A DNA stretch of 64,000 nucleotides from Octopus vulgaris (GCA_951406725.2 OX597815.1:172856001-172920000); one strand, 5' to 3'. Counted from the stretch's first letter, positions 26,583-40,254 are shown. Numbers and translations: made by a program. The notes: a model not told the origin generated them from the letters alone.

Positions 26583-29046
26583 AAAAACTATTGTGTTTAT
26601 GATAATTATGCAAGTAAGTAGGTTCAAATTTTCAGACATCTCTTATGGCTGGGTAGCATGATTCACACAATGAAAACTGTTCTTTACATCAAAATGGTAG
26701 TCACCTTTAGTCCTGACTATGTGCAAGCATGCAAACACATGCAATGAATGCTTCAACAACATTAGCATAACAATTATATCACAGACTATGTAGATAGATA
26801 AAGTGTGCAGATGTTGACTGGATACATTTACATATGAATAAAAGAATAGAGAACAAAACAAGCAACTACCTAGAATACTATAAATATAACATAACTCCAT
26901 GAAAGATTAACTCCGTTAGTCATCTTTGTGGCTTCTGAATTCCCTTTGTGATTACAGGCAATGTTCCTGGCAGCATGAATTAGATAATATGTAAAAGTTT
27001 TTTTCCACAATTCATGACACACGTGTACAACAAACACGAAAGAAAGTTAGTGCTTGTGTTACTGGCCCAGGCTTGGTAGAATTGCAGAAGAGTTTGTCAG
27101 ATATAGTGATATATGTGCTAAAGTCAGATCAAAACACATTCTTGAACTGATAAGTGATCCAAATTATGTCCTTAAGAAAGATTACTTATGAAATGGTGAT
27201 ATGTACAAATGCTGAAACAGCATTGAATATTCTTAAGTCAACCATTCTTGGGATCAAGCTTCTTTCAATGTTCCAGCAGAAGTCTGGAAAGTGTAAGGAA
27301 TCTAATTTCTATCTTCTCTGGATTTCAGCTTCCAATTGTAGTAATATCAAACTATGGACCAGAATTTGTTCAATTAAAGAACTGGTTAAACTCAATTTGG
27401 TTGTAAGAAAACTGAAAGTCCTGCTGACACTCCAAAATCTAATGGTGTAGCATAAATAGCTGTGCAAGTAATCAAGTTTCTCTCATTAAAAGTTAACAGT
27501 CTATCAACTAGCAATTTTGCAAGTATTTACCAAAGATTCTTTTCAGACATTGCATCTGGTACATGCAACTTGTCTCCAAATGAGAAATTACCTGACAGAT
27601 AAAAGTGTAGCAGTCAACTTTCACTAATAAATCATTACAAAAACAACAACATAATATTTTCTACAGATGTATTATCTAATTCATACTGGAAGGAACACAG
27701 CTTAGATTAACCCTGAACATGAAAAAGTACAGTTAGTGTCAATTGAACAAATAGCTCATGAATATCTTTTCTCAAGCATGTGCTTATAATGATCAGGCTA
27801 TTAACAGGCCAAAAATCACCAGTTTCTTCATCTCCTCTTCTTATTTACCAACTCTTTATCCAATAACATTTGGCTTAAATTCTTCCTGACTAAAAATTGT
27901 AAATCTTGGAGAAGACAGTTCATCACTAATTTGACCTACTGGATGAGCTTTCAGTATTAAACTTGTAACCACCTTAAATGTATAAGTACCTTTATCTTCA
28001 GAGTTGCTTTCATTCTCTTTCATCAGAATTGAGACTAGTATTAATGCTAGAAGTACCAGATATTTCTGGAATCTTCAGGATAAGGAATCACTTTATTTTA
28101 ATTTAGATACAGAAAGGTGTTTTTTTATTTTTCATTTTGCACAAAAGAATTATCAGTATGATCAATGTCTGCGGATGATTATTGCAAATCCATATTTGAC
28201 TAGTATTTCAGAAGCTCTAAAGAGATTTGTTACTAGCAGAACAATAACTCACAGCATCTAAAAAGTATTCACAAATTTTGTTTGTCTTTTAATACATTTG
28301 GTCAGAACTAACAAAATTAATTTCTACCAGCTTCATAAAAGTTAAGCTAATACCAAAAGAAGTATCTAACATTTGTAATACTATAGAGTATTACATACTA
28401 CAATACAATAAAATAATTAAGTGAAGTTTCACAAGTCCCTAAAAGCTAAAGTATTAAAGTATTATTCTTTATTATTTCTGCTGTTATCATCATTGTATCA
28501 CCCCCATGTCATATCTGATTGAGACCTATGGCACATAGGCAGTTGGCTAAATCCATAACTCATAGATTTGTTGTTTTATATATGTCACACCCCATATATC
28601 TAAGGATCATACAGCATATTTTGACAAGCAGTGATTAATTTGCAGCTAAAGATCCTCTGTGCAAGCAGACCTCAATCTTTCCTCATGATAACCCATTTTG
28701 GTAAATCAATAATCCTCTGCAAACATTTGATACTTTTCTTGTGGAAACTGTTGTGTTTACAATAATTATAAAAGTCTACATCATAAGTAAGTTCAGACTC
28801 TCAGACATCTGTTATAACTGGGTTTTGTGATCCAAGAGATACACCATGAAAACTGTTCTTTACATCAAACTGCTAGTTATCTTATTGACCTGACTACATG
28901 CAGTACCACAAGAACATTAGCATAACAATGATATTACAGACTAAGTAGATTGATACAATATGCAGATGTTGACCAGATATGTTTACATATTAATAATAGA
29001 ATAGAAAACAAAACAAGAAACAACCTAGAATACTATAAACATAACA
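26583..29046 (+). mobile_element. Degraded Gypsy-type LTR retroelement: two diverged direct repeats around an integrase remnant
   Basis: Direct repeats 26583-26891 and 28743-29046; the second core runs TGTTAT (28810) to ATAACA (29046); both share atgaaaactgttctttacatcaaa and cctagaatactataaa. Confidence 0.75.
26960..27560 (+). pseudogene. Gypsy/retroviral-type integrase remnant with frameshifts and stops
   Basis: HHCC-like IHDT..YWPG..EEFVRYSDIC; catalytic-core-like LPIVVISNYGPEFV (SDNGPEF) and SPADTPKSNGVA*IAVQVIK (SNG.AER.V..IK). Confidence 0.8.
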
Positions 29047-30399
29047 GAAACCAATTATTTTTTTTCTAAAAATGTAAATTGAAGTTAATGTTTTAACATC
29101 AATCTTCCCACAATGATAGTGATATATAACAAACTTTTAGTTACTAACAATATAAATGGGTAGGTTTTTTTTTTTTTCAAATAAACTAATTCATTTCTCT
29201 TTTATTTTATGTAAGTATTCATGTCAGAGCAGTATTTTAATATCAAGAAAATATTAAATCAATTTATAATTTCAGCAAGAACTGCAACAAAATAGTGACA
29301 ATCAAAACCTATTTGATATACCCTTAAGGTTTCTATCTAGGATAAAATTGATATAGAATAACTTAGACATTAAGTTACTATCATATTATTTGATCAAAAT
29401 TTCATTTTTGTAGCCAGAGTTCTGTTTTTCGTTTTGGATTCTTTTGTATGTATGTATATTTCTGTAATCCATTGTACCCATTCTCTGAGTAATTCAAAAA
29501 CTAAAACCATTTTTCTGCAATTGCAAAACTTTCAAGAAAATATTATACATTTCAAATGTTGCTAATAGAATATATTCAGATATCTTTTATCAAAATCATA
29601 TTTGTATAGTGACAATGACTCCAGTTAAAGTGGTTTTCATTCAGATGCAATTTCCTTTGTAGATTATCTACTTGGCAAGTACCTTTATCTGTCATTACAT
29701 TTTCCCCATTAGTTTTTGTCCAGGTAAAACACCATCAGAGCCAAAGTAAACATGGTTTCAATTGAATGATCAAAGTTGGCAAACAGACTTTTATTGCAAA
29801 ATCAATTATAGGAAGGATGTGAATGATATTAGTGAAGCTACAAAACAAAATTCCCTTTGTTCTAGCAATCATGCAGTGCATAGAAAGATTCTGCAACATA
29901 TAAGATAGAATACAGAGCACAGGCATGAGATAAATAATGTTTAGCAGAGAAAGATGTTTAGGAAACATTTTGTTTTAAGAATTACTAGCCAATAAAGACA
30001 CAAACAAAATCACAATTTCTTTTAGGAAAATAAATCAATATTTATAAAAATATTACAGGGAGAAACTTTAACATAATTTTCAAGTTGTTTTTTTAACTGA
30101 TTCCTTGGCTAATATCCTTTTGAAGATAATGATTAGATTTTATATGGTGGGCTACAGCCTTCTGGACTGTATGAGAAGTTGATATTGCTTTTGGAAAGAT
30201 AAAGGTTTATAAAAATGGGAAGTCAGAAGCAGTTATAGAGAACTGCAGTTTTTGTAGAAGCACTATGCATATTGTCTTTAGTACAAGAAAATACAAAAGA
30301 ACCATTTTTAATGAATATGGAATATATACCTCTAAGATCAGAGGAACTGAAACTGTGGTAGTGATGGTAAAAAGGTAAAAGAAAAAATGCAAACAAATC

Positions 30400-30700
30400 A
30401 AGATAGATAATGACTGGTGAAAAATATAATTCTGAATTCTATTAAGAAGCTTAAAGGATCAAGCTTCTTCAGATGTAGTATTAGTATTTCAAAGAAGAGT
30501 AAATTCCAGTTTTATATAAATTTAGAAATTATTAGATCAAGAAGATTCTGAGCAGTTTGAGCTGTTCGAATCATACTTTACCTAAATGGTTCTTATGCCA
30601 AGCTTTGTCAAAGGTCTTACTAATATTAAAAATGACTTTTCGCCCAATGTCATTCTTGGCATTGGATCAAGTATGAGACATAAGAGAAGTTACTAATAGC
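30400..30700 (-). mobile_element. Very degraded CR1/Jockey-group RT remnant
   Basis: Minus strand at ~30580-30630 reads NISKTFDKAWHK (DISKAFDKVWH motif). Confidence 0.55.
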
Positions 30701-31499
30701 CTTCAGTTCTGATGCCGTAAAAAGATTTATGGTATTTGCATTGGTATGACAGATAAAAATGGTGACATTTAGAAAGAATTAATAATTATAGTTTCATAGG
30801 GACAGATCACATGTCTTTGAGTTTCAGAAAACTAGTGAAGAGGATAGGACAGAAATTAATAGACACAATGACTAGGATGCTGTTTCCATTCATGGATCTC
30901 AGTGTTTAAAGAAAGAATAATAAGCTAAATGGATCATGGGGTTTGACTGTGGGAGTAAAATATCAGATTATTGGAGAATAAAAGAGGACATTTTTGAAAA
31001 AAGTGTTCAACAAAGCAAGCAACTTTGTTATGTAAAATACTACTGACATGGAGATTAATATTGACAGGAAAGGGATGAGAAAGATTTATAAAAGTTAAGA
31101 AAAAAAACCAAATGCCTACGGGTGTGTGCCATGTACACATGTTGCAGCTCAAATCAAAGAATAGCAAACTAATATTGGGTCATATTTTTCTTTGTTCTTC
31201 TCTTAGACACAAAAATCTCACCCTTTATCTCTTCCCAGTCACAGCAGTCCAGACTAAACACTATATTCCAACTTTGCTCTAAAAAGCAGTGTGTGCACTT
31301 ACATAGAACCTATTCTCACTGCCAATCATCTTTCTCACCTGGACATTAGAAACAAAAACTTCCAGCTAGCCTGGCTCAAAGTTTCTCTTCTAATTCCTCT
31401 CAGTGCATTCACTGTCTCAACTGTTCTTCAAACTTCAACCATCATCTGTTGTTTAACTATTTTTAATAATATATTGAAGTCACCTATTCCAGCACATCT

Positions 31500-32850
31500 T
31501 TTTTTGAAGTTATCCTCCACAGTGCTATCACTACTGCACCCATTTTCATCTCTGAACTATAGACCAATTCTCAAAAAGATCTTGAATTTTTTATTACTTC
31601 TAAACTTAGCCCTTAATCAATGATGACATTCCTTTTTTTTTTCACCCTACCATATGATAAACCCTACTCGCTAAGCCTTCTGGTACTTCAATTCAGCAGT
31701 ATGACCAAAGTTCTATCATTTCTATGCTAACTATTTTTCAGAGAAAAATTGCTTCACCTCTGGACCATTCAATACAGAGTTAAGCAGGTGACCGATAACC
31801 AACATTCTAGCTATCTAAACCTACAACCCTTAAATTATCAAGTAGCTAACATACAACTGTTCAAAGAAAACTTAACATAATACCAAGAGAAAATATCAAC
31901 CATCATCAACCAAAGCAAGTTTATCCACTGCTACAATGCACTGTCTGACAGAGCTAGTTTCTATTTTCATCAAACTCTCTCAACCAATTTATAGAAACAC
32001 AATACTGTGTTCCCTACAAAAAGTAACCACTATTCTTATCAGTTTGGCTATTTTTTATTTTCAATAATGACTACTAGTATCATTTCTCAAGAGGAAATGT
32101 CTTACTCTCCTCTATCACTTCTCAGAACTCCAGTAAAAAGGATATTGTTGCTCTTGACATCAGCAAAGCCTTTGACTACATCAGACAAGAGCACCTCCCA
32201 AATAAGTTCCATCTCTCGTCTTTTGAATTCAAAGCTTCCTGTCACAATGTTCCATCATGGCCAGCATTGAAAGAATGTTGACTTGGAGAGAAATCTATCA
32301 ATTCTTGCATATTGCATGATTTAGCTACATCTCCCACATAACCTCTTCTCTATATAACAAACTTACTGAGAAAAAGCACTGCATAGTTGTTAAGTATGAA
32401 CAATACATAACTAAAACCCTAAAAGCATCACAGTCACCAATGAATCCTCATATTGGCTTCACTAGGATTCTTCTTTGGGCCTAGAAAATATATCAGCTTT
32501 TCTGAGTTGCTCCTCTCTACATCACTCATATACGATTCACATTGAAGTACTATTCACATATACAGAATAGTATTGCACCTTAGATTACAAAAGAAAAAGG
32601 CCATTCAGCAAACACTTGTTCACCAACTCACTACAACTGCTAGCCCAGAGATGTATTGTTTCTTTTCTCTGCCTCTTCTACTACAACAGCCTCCACTCCT
32701 TTGAACTAGTAAGCTACATATATCATTCACTGAAGCCCAAATGGTGTTCTAATTTCTTTTTCTTTCTTTATTCCTATTGTAGCTCACACACTTTTTTTAA
32801 TAAATCCTCCCTAGAATTAATTTCTCTTTGCCCATATTTCTCATAAAAGC
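31500..32850 (+). mobile_element. Very degraded CR1/Jockey-group LINE remnant
   Basis: QFGY at ~32040 and DIVALDISKAFD at ~32141-32176; boundaries uncertain. Confidence 0.6.
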
Positions 32851-34249
32851 ACCAACCATAATTCTTGCTCTCAACAATAGGAGATGGCCTGAAAAAGTCA
32901 GGGTTGTTGCCATTCTTTGAATTAATATTTTACAGAAGAAAAATAAAAGTCTCAGACAATAATTCAATTCAATGAACAAATAGGAATTGTACCAATAAAT
33001 CAGTCTTTAAACCCATAAATATCTATAATGGATCTCCTTTTCATAAACACCAAAAGGCAACAATATGTGACTGTTACTGTTTAGTGGATTGATGTATGTA
33101 GAAGAATTTATTGTATGAAGGAGGAAGAATGAATTCTATAAAGCACTGACTGTTTTGGTTTTAACATCTAGTAATATAGGTAAAAGGAATATCAATTTAT
33201 ACCTCTAGCTTTCAAGTTCTTAAGATTTATGAATATTCACAAAGAAATTCTGAAAACAATGCATGGTCTATTATTGAAGAAATCAAAAGTAAATATTTCT
33301 CTCAAAATTTTACTTGCTGGTGATAAGTTTGGCGAAAGGGTCACTGACAATGGCATTTGCAGGCTTCTGAACCATTGGGACTGATGCCATTAATATTCCC
33401 CTTGAACCTTTGAATTTTAGCAAGTCAACATCTTTGAGGAAAGATGAGCAGGAAAGGAATCCAAAAGAGCTGAAGTTCTGGGAAGGAAAAACTGATCATA
33501 GTGATTAGTGCAAAGCTTGTGAAGTTGGGCACAACAAGAAGGATGAGAGGAGAGAGACAAGTAGGTTAGGAATGCCTGAATGGAGCTCCCAGCCAGCTCC
33601 AAGGAGCAAAGACAAATATAATAGCACTAGAAAAATCAAAAAGAGGAGTACTGTTCTGTAATTAACAATGCACTCAATGTTAAAATGAAAATTAAAACTT
33701 CAAAACTAAATATATACATCTGGAAAAACTAAAAATTACATAAGGATATATGTTACTCTAGTAAATTGGTCAGGAATCAAAAATATTTTCAACTATAAAT
33801 TAAGTTTCTGGCTTTCCTTAATGTTATGGATGAAATAAATATACAGCCTTTTTTCTTAACATTTTTTTGTTTTTGTTCTTTTACAGTTTTAACTAATTCT
33901 CTGAAATTACAAGCAGCTATTTTCATCTGGCATAATCCTACTTTAGTTGCTGTCAATCACATATTTATAGAGCTCAGTTCTTGAGTTATTCTCTCTGCAG
34001 CTGCAATCTTTTCACTTTAATATAACACATGATATCTCTAATATTGAAATACCTTCTAAGTATAACTAAGCTTAGACTGTCTTCTTGAATCATAAACTGT
34101 CAATCTTATTCTGTCCAAGATTCCTGCAGTTATAGTGAAAAACATACAAATGCAAAATCTTTACGTTGTGTTGGGATTTTTTTTTATACTATCATTTTAA
34201 GACTTACTTGTGTGTGTGTGAGTATGAGTGTGCATGTGTGCATGCATCA

Positions 34250-34280
<31 letters not shown>

Positions 34281-35319
34281 CCACTACCAGTATTCCTACA
34301 GCCAACTTCAAAATTTTGGTATCTGTTTTTACCCAGTTTGTTTGGTTGATTGACTGTTTGGAGTGGTATGCTGTATATCTCAGAAACTACTGAAACTATG
34401 CAACATAAATGTTTTTACCAACAATTATCAAGCAAAATAAAACAGAAACTGTTCAGATACAGGTGCATATGGCTATTTTATTTCAAATACTAACCACATA
34501 TGTATATATATTTCCTTTTGTCTTCGTTTCATCAACCAATTTGCATAATATTGGGTCAAATATTTCTTGATTATATAACGAAGGGTGGACATCAAATGTA
34601 ACCCTACTTGATTTGATATTGATTCAACTCCACCAACTCTATGTTAAAATTCTTGAAATAAGATGTTATAAATACTCAATCTTGTGTTAATTAATACTAA
34701 TATATTCTAGAAATTAGTTTAACAACCCAAAGTCTTGAAATAAAAAGAAATGAATTAGAAAGATTTGATTTTATTTAAAATATAGGTATTTTTAAAGTGT
34801 AAAAATAAAGATTAACAAACCTGATAGCAATTATAATAAGTATGAAAATAAGCATGCCAGTTTCAAATTTCTTTCAAAAACAAGAAAAAAACAATTTATT
34901 GAAATTTATATCAGGCTAAATAAAATTCAAAAAATCAAGTTATTAATGAGTAGTATAGAGTAACAGTGTGTTCTGTTGTAAATAAGATAAGAATATTTGA
35001 ATTTTAATAGATACTATTAAAATAATGATTTCTTTTATCATTTAATGGGCTTGAAAATAAAAATAACCTATATTTAAAATAACCAATATTTATAAACAAG
35101 AAAATATCAATGACTATAATAGTAGCAACTGAAATAAGATATGTCTTAAATTTTCAAAATTTTAAAAAATGATTAACTACAGATTAGTAAATTCACCACA
35201 AAACTGATACATCAGTTTCCTTTTAAAATCTGAAACAAATTCCTGTTAAAAATACATGTTTTTCAAAACCAAATAAATACACAAGTTACAGAAAACATCT
35301 GTCATAAATGAATCATCGT

Positions 35320-35520
35320 TAATATCATTTACTGTCCATGTTCCACGCTGGCAAGGGTTTGATGGTTTGACAGGATCTGATAGATCCAAGGACTGTATTG
35401 AGCTCCAATGTCAGTTTTGGCATGGTTTTTATGGCTGGACACCTTTCCAAATGCCAACCCCATTACAACATGTACTGGGTGCTTTTATCATGCCACCGGA
35501 ATTAATGAGGTCACCATGCA
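35320..35520 (-). mobile_element. Degraded RTE-type 3' tail
   Basis: tccacgctggcaagggtt...ggctggacacctttccaaatgccaac...gggtgctttt. Confidence 0.7.
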
Positions 35521-35869
35521 GCTTGCAAGCATAAAAAACCCAAGAGGAAGAGAAGGGTGCATCCTTATGTTAGATGGGAGGGGGTTAAGTTATGAGAGAA
35601 GAGGTTGGAGAAGGGCAGGTTCTTGTAGAGGAGGCTAAACAGCTACTCACATTTAGAGGAGTGAGTGGGAATAGATCAGTAGTATCTCTAAAGAGATAAA
35701 TAATGGTAATAAGGTATTCAGGAGGCACCTCAAGATGATGTTCAGGTGGCACCAACCACATTTAAATATTTTAGTTTGTAATTTCTTTAGAACATAGTCT
35801 GTATTAAATTCTTAACTTACAGTAATTTCCTTTCTAATAGCTTTATATACTAACTAAATAAGGTTTCCT

Positions 35870-36760
35870 TTCTAATAAGGTTAAACTGTGGATGCACAAG
35901 AGTTTCAGAGCAATTACAAGTAGGCTGAGAAAGGAAAAAATTACTTTGTAGCTGACGCACATGAATGGTTAACAGTAAGAACACCTAAGAAATGAATACC
36001 TTCAAATGCTTAGAAGACCCCCTAGATGTAGTTGATAGCTTCTATTACTGAAGTGACTTAATTAGTGCGGAGGTGGATGTTTCAAAAGTATAGTAGTTTG
36101 ACAAAAACAAATGGAGTAAAAATAGACCATGGATTTATTATATTGGCTGGCAAAGGAATCTCCTGTAAACCATGTCCCATAGTTCAGAAGTTTCAATATG
36201 TGAATAAAAAATACTTAATTTGGAAAACAAGCAAAGGTCGACAACCAGAAAATTATATAACTATAAACAGCTTTTGTTACATGGGTAACCAAAACTGCAG
36301 GTGTTCTGAAAGCATAGCAACCAAAGAATGAGTTATTTTTGTGGGGGAAAATGGACAGATTATACGATGTTTGTCTACAAACTGCAATGTTACCTTACTG
36401 CAAGAAAAAGGGGTTTGAATGCACAGGATTTGTAAAGACTAGAAAGAAATAAGGCAAATATGCTATACTGGGTAAGTAATATTAGGATACAAGAACAACA
36501 AAGCACAAATGAGCCTTAGAAAGGAAAAAAGGAATATAAGAGGAATCAAATACAGTGTACAAACAAGAAGACTGTATTGGTGTTGGTAGGTGGTTTGTAC
36601 GAAGGATAACAGCTGTATTAAGAAGAGCAGGGCACTCAGAATAAAAAGAACATGTGGAAGTAGATCTAGGAAGACATGGCATAAATGCTACAGTGAATAG
36701 GAGAAATCCACAGCATTGTATAGTGAATAACAGTGAATGGAGTATGTGGTAGAAAGATGA
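35870..36760 (+). mobile_element. Degraded RTE fragments (zinc-finger remnant to ORF end)
   Basis: KLWMHK (~35884), SFCYMGNQ..CSESI (~36268-36316), RLYDVCLQTAML (~36357-36395), RTCGSRSRKTW (~36646-36680). Confidence 0.65.
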
Positions 36761-37294
36761 GAGGGTATTACAGAGATGAGTTAACAGGGATACACTGAGC
36801 ACAAGGCCCAGAATGTAGGTATATTATAGCTCTCAACCTACACCACTCACTCCATTTTAACATTCATTTTGCCATGCCAGCACAACTGGGTGAGTCTTTT
36901 CTAGCACTACATATCACTAACCATTGTAGCGCTGTCATTTCCTCTATGAGACAATGAAAGTTTGAGTGGACACTTTGCCTAACCAAATGTTTTGCATGGA
37001 AACTGCTCCAGATCTAAACAGACATATCCAATGACTACAGACAGTTATAGGATCTATTAAGTTTATATTCAGTAACATAATATTATACATCTTCTTTTAA
37101 TGTAATAACTGCTTCTTTCTTGGCTTGTGAATCATACACAATCATGCATCTACACACACACACACACAAATGCACACATCACACACATATATATATAACA
37201 AAGTTCCAAAGGTGCCAAACAGTAAGAAACACACTTTCTGACCATACTATAATGCCTACACCTATATGTATGTGTGTGTGTATATATATATTTC

Positions 37295-37500
37295 TTTTAA
37301 TTGTTTCCCTTATCCAACTGCAGTCATGCTGGAGCACTGCCCTAAAGGGTTTTAGCCGAAGAAATTGACCCCAGGATATTCTTTGTAAACCTAGTACTTA
37401 TTCTATTGGTCTATTCTGCCAAAACGCTAAGTTACGGGGACATAAGCACACCAACATCAATTGTCAAGTCATGATGGGGACAAACACAGACACAAAGACA
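37295..37500 (-). mobile_element. SINE family B, second tail type
   Basis: Reverse complement of 38690-38897. Confidence 0.8.
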
Positions 37501-37513
37501 CACGCACATACAT

Positions 37514-37702
37514 ATCATCATCATCATCATCATTTAACGTCCACTTTCCATGCTAGCATGGGTTGGGCGGTTTGACTGAGGGCTGGTGAGCCAGATGGCT
37601 GCACCAGGCTTCAATCTTGATCTGGCAGTTTCTACAGCTGGATGCCCTTCCTAATGCCAACCACTCCGAGAGTGTAGTGGGTGCCTCTACGTGCCACCGG
37701 CA
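37514..37702 (-). mobile_element. RTE LINE 3' UTR tip
   Basis: Reverse complement of 61865-62050. Confidence 0.9.
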
Positions 37703-37716
37703 TACCTATATATATA

Positions 37717-38030
37717 TATATTATAATAAATTAGAGACAAAACCACTATTATGCAAATCAAACAAAGAAAAACTTAAGCCAATACATAAAATATAAAATA
37801 ATTTATATAAATTAAAATTTAACAAATAGTGGTTATTCATTTGTTAAATTTTAATTTATATAAATTATTTTATATTTTATGTATTGGCTTAAGTCTTTCT
37901 TTGTTTGATTTGCATAATAGTGGTTTTGTCTCTAATTTATTATAATATAATATTTTATTATTAAATTGGATTCAATCTTAAATCTGATTTTTCCTTGTAA
38001 ATTTGGATTTATTCCCTAATATTTATTATT
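37717..38030 (+). mobile_element. Palindromic element in (TA)n with ~111-bp inverted arms and an ~80-bp tail; putative miniature PLE
   Basis: Arms 37717-37827 and 37839-37949 with one mismatch seen; spacer agtggttattc; (TA)n on both sides. Confidence 0.6.
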
Positions 38031-38051
38031 ATATATATATATATATATATA

Positions 38052-38214
38052 CTTTATCTAAAGCAGCATAAAATTCAACAAAACCTGTTACTCTGGAAAC
38101 TCAGAGTAACAGGTTTTGTTGAATTTTCTGCTGCTTTAAATAAAGCATATTACTCTACCACTGGTATTTGAGTACTCTTTTTTCCACCTTGTTTCATATT
38201 TATGTGTTTACTCC

Positions 38215-38216
<2 letters not shown>
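38052..38216 (+). mobile_element. Palindromic miniature PLE-like element in (TA)n carrying the 3' half of a hammerhead ribozyme
   Basis: 44-bp arms 38052-38095 and 38102-38145 (2 mismatches); centre GAAAC-TCAGA-GTA gives GAAA, stem III and a GUA cleavage triplet; ~70-bp tail then (TA)n. Confidence 0.65.
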
Positions 38217-38267
<51 letters not shown>

Positions 38268-38270
38268 GTA

Positions 38271-38328
<58 letters not shown>
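38217..38328. repeat. (TA)n microsatellite
   Basis: Directly visible. Confidence 0.97.
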
Positions 38329-38329
<1 letters not shown>

Positions 38330-38331
<2 letters not shown>

Positions 38332-38425
38332 GCATATCTGTGTGGTAAGAAGCTTACTCCCCAACCACATGGTTCTGGGTACAGTCCCACTGCATGGCAC
38401 CTTGGGCAAGTGTCTTCTACTATAT
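38330..38425 (+). mobile_element. SINE family B head, truncated
   Basis: ctgtgtggtaagaagctt...ggcaccttgggcaagtgtcttctact. Confidence 0.85.
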
Positions 38426-38496
38426 TTTTACATGCCACCAGCACAGGTGCTAGTTACACAATGCTGGCATCAGCCACATACACACACATATATATA

Positions 38497-38898
38497 GGTG
38501 CATGCGTGGCTGCGTAGTAAGAAGCTTGCTTCCCAACCACATGGTTCCGGGTTCTGTCCCACTACGTGGAACCTTGGGCAAGTATCTTCTACTATTACCT
38601 CAGGCCAACCAAAGCCTTGTGAGTGGATTTGATAGATGGAAACTGAAAGAAGCCTGTTGTATATGTATATATTTATGTGTGTGTTTCTGTGTTTGTCCCA
38701 CCCACCATCACTTGACAACTGGTGCTGGTTTGTTTATGTCCCTGTAACTTGGTGATTTGGCAAGGGAGACCAATAAAATAAGTACTGGGCTTACAAAGAA
38801 TAAGTTTTGGGGTTGATTTCTTCGACTAAGACCCTTTAAGTTGGTGCTCCAGCATGGCCACAGTCAAATGACTAAAACAAGTAAGAGAATAAGAGAAT
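38497..38898 (+). mobile_element. SINE family B, full-length form with a non-RTE tail
   Basis: Head, (TG)-rich linker, then ..aataagtactggg..ctccagcatggccacagtcaaatgactaaaacaagtaagagaataagag. Confidence 0.88.
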
Positions 38899-39204
38899 AT
38901 AAAGTCAAAAAAATGGCATTTAAAATTTACTTTTTATACCTACACCACAAAAACCCACCCATGTTGGATCTATGGTTTAAATTGGACTTGGTACCTGCCT
39001 ATCTACAGTATCTTACCAACACTTGATGTCTTCAATATTCTTTATTTCACTGTAAGCTTTATGTTATTGTACCTAGCCATTTCTAGTATTCATCCTACAA
39101 GCTGATGTGCCTTGATACTTATGAATACTCATAACAAAGTAACACACACACTTACACACATTCATACATATGTTTGTGTCTGTATATAAATATATGTACT
39201 CTCG

Positions 39205-39395
39205 ATATAATCACGCAAATCAACACACCATCTTACAGAATTGTTAAACAGCTAAGTAGTATTGTAAAGAAATATACACCATAAAGATATAGAATATGTT
39301 CATCAGGTGACTACTTAGAAATTTTACAGGAAACAAAGCTGGTAACTTTTCTGCTATGGATGTAGAAAATATCTCTACTAGTGTTCCAGTAATGG
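39205..39395 (+). mobile_element. Penelope-like RT fragment
   Basis: IITQINTPSYRIVKQL..(frameshift)..FSAMDVENISTSVPV, resembling PLE PIIS...PTY.LAK.L and S.DV.SLFTNVP. Confidence 0.7.
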
Positions 39396-39397
39396 GC

Positions 39398-40105
39398 ATA
39401 ATAAATAATAATAATAATAATAATAATGAAATTATTGTATACAGTGCTCAGGTGCACCACAACTTGTCAAAAGTGTGTATAAAGCATATGCGGTAATGTA
39501 CAAATGTCTGGAAAGTGAACAGTGTATAAGTCAGATACATGCTTGCGTGTGTATAGAGGGGAGAAAATCAGGTGTAGTGTTGGCGAATCTCAGGAAGCAT
39601 GGAAGTTTTGAAGGATGCAGTGCTCCGACAACTAACAACTGATGCCAGCAGTTTGTTCCATGCTTCAGCAACTCTTAGCATGAAAAGATGTTTCCGAAAG
39701 TCATGGGAGCAGTGCTGTTTTCTGACTTTGTAAACATGTCCACAGGTGTTAGACAGGTGGAATTTGAAAAGGTGCTCAGAGTTATTGTTAGCAAGATGGT
39801 TAATAATTTTATGGGTGTCTGCCAAGTTAGCTGCCAGATGTCGGAGTTTCAATGTAGCCATGCCCAGGGAAGTAAGGCGTTCAGAATATGACAAATGCCT
39901 GATGGAGGGTATTCTCTTGGTTGCACATCACTGAAAGGTTTCCAGATGATTAATATCCTGGGCAAGATGGGGGTTCCAGACTGGTGATGCAAATTCCAGG
40001 TGAGGCCACACCATAGCTATATAAAGCCTCAGATAGATAGCCGGAGAGCAGCTCACAAAGGACTTGGTAAGTGATGCCAAGACACCCTCAGTCTTCTTGG
40101 CTAAT
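39398..40105 (-). mobile_element. CR1-like LINE 3' fragment with (TTA)n tail
   Basis: ORFs 39928-40290 and 39568-39894 contain LYIAMVWPHLEFASPVWNPH, YSERLTSLG and RVAEAWNKL. Confidence 0.9.
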
Positions 40106-40254
40106 ATTAGACAAGCTGTAAATATGCCCTCCAAAATAAATGTAAAAACCACCTTGCTCACCATACCATATCTTTTAGCAAGGGAAGAGGAAAACCACTT
40201 GGTCTCCTTACCAAAGAACTCTGACAAAGAGATCTTCAGTATGCTCTTGGAAAT

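Noticed and set aside
27790-28030. Short open minus-strand frame (MKENESNSEDKG..) inside the LTR-like element
   Set aside because: About 55 codons with no recognisable motif
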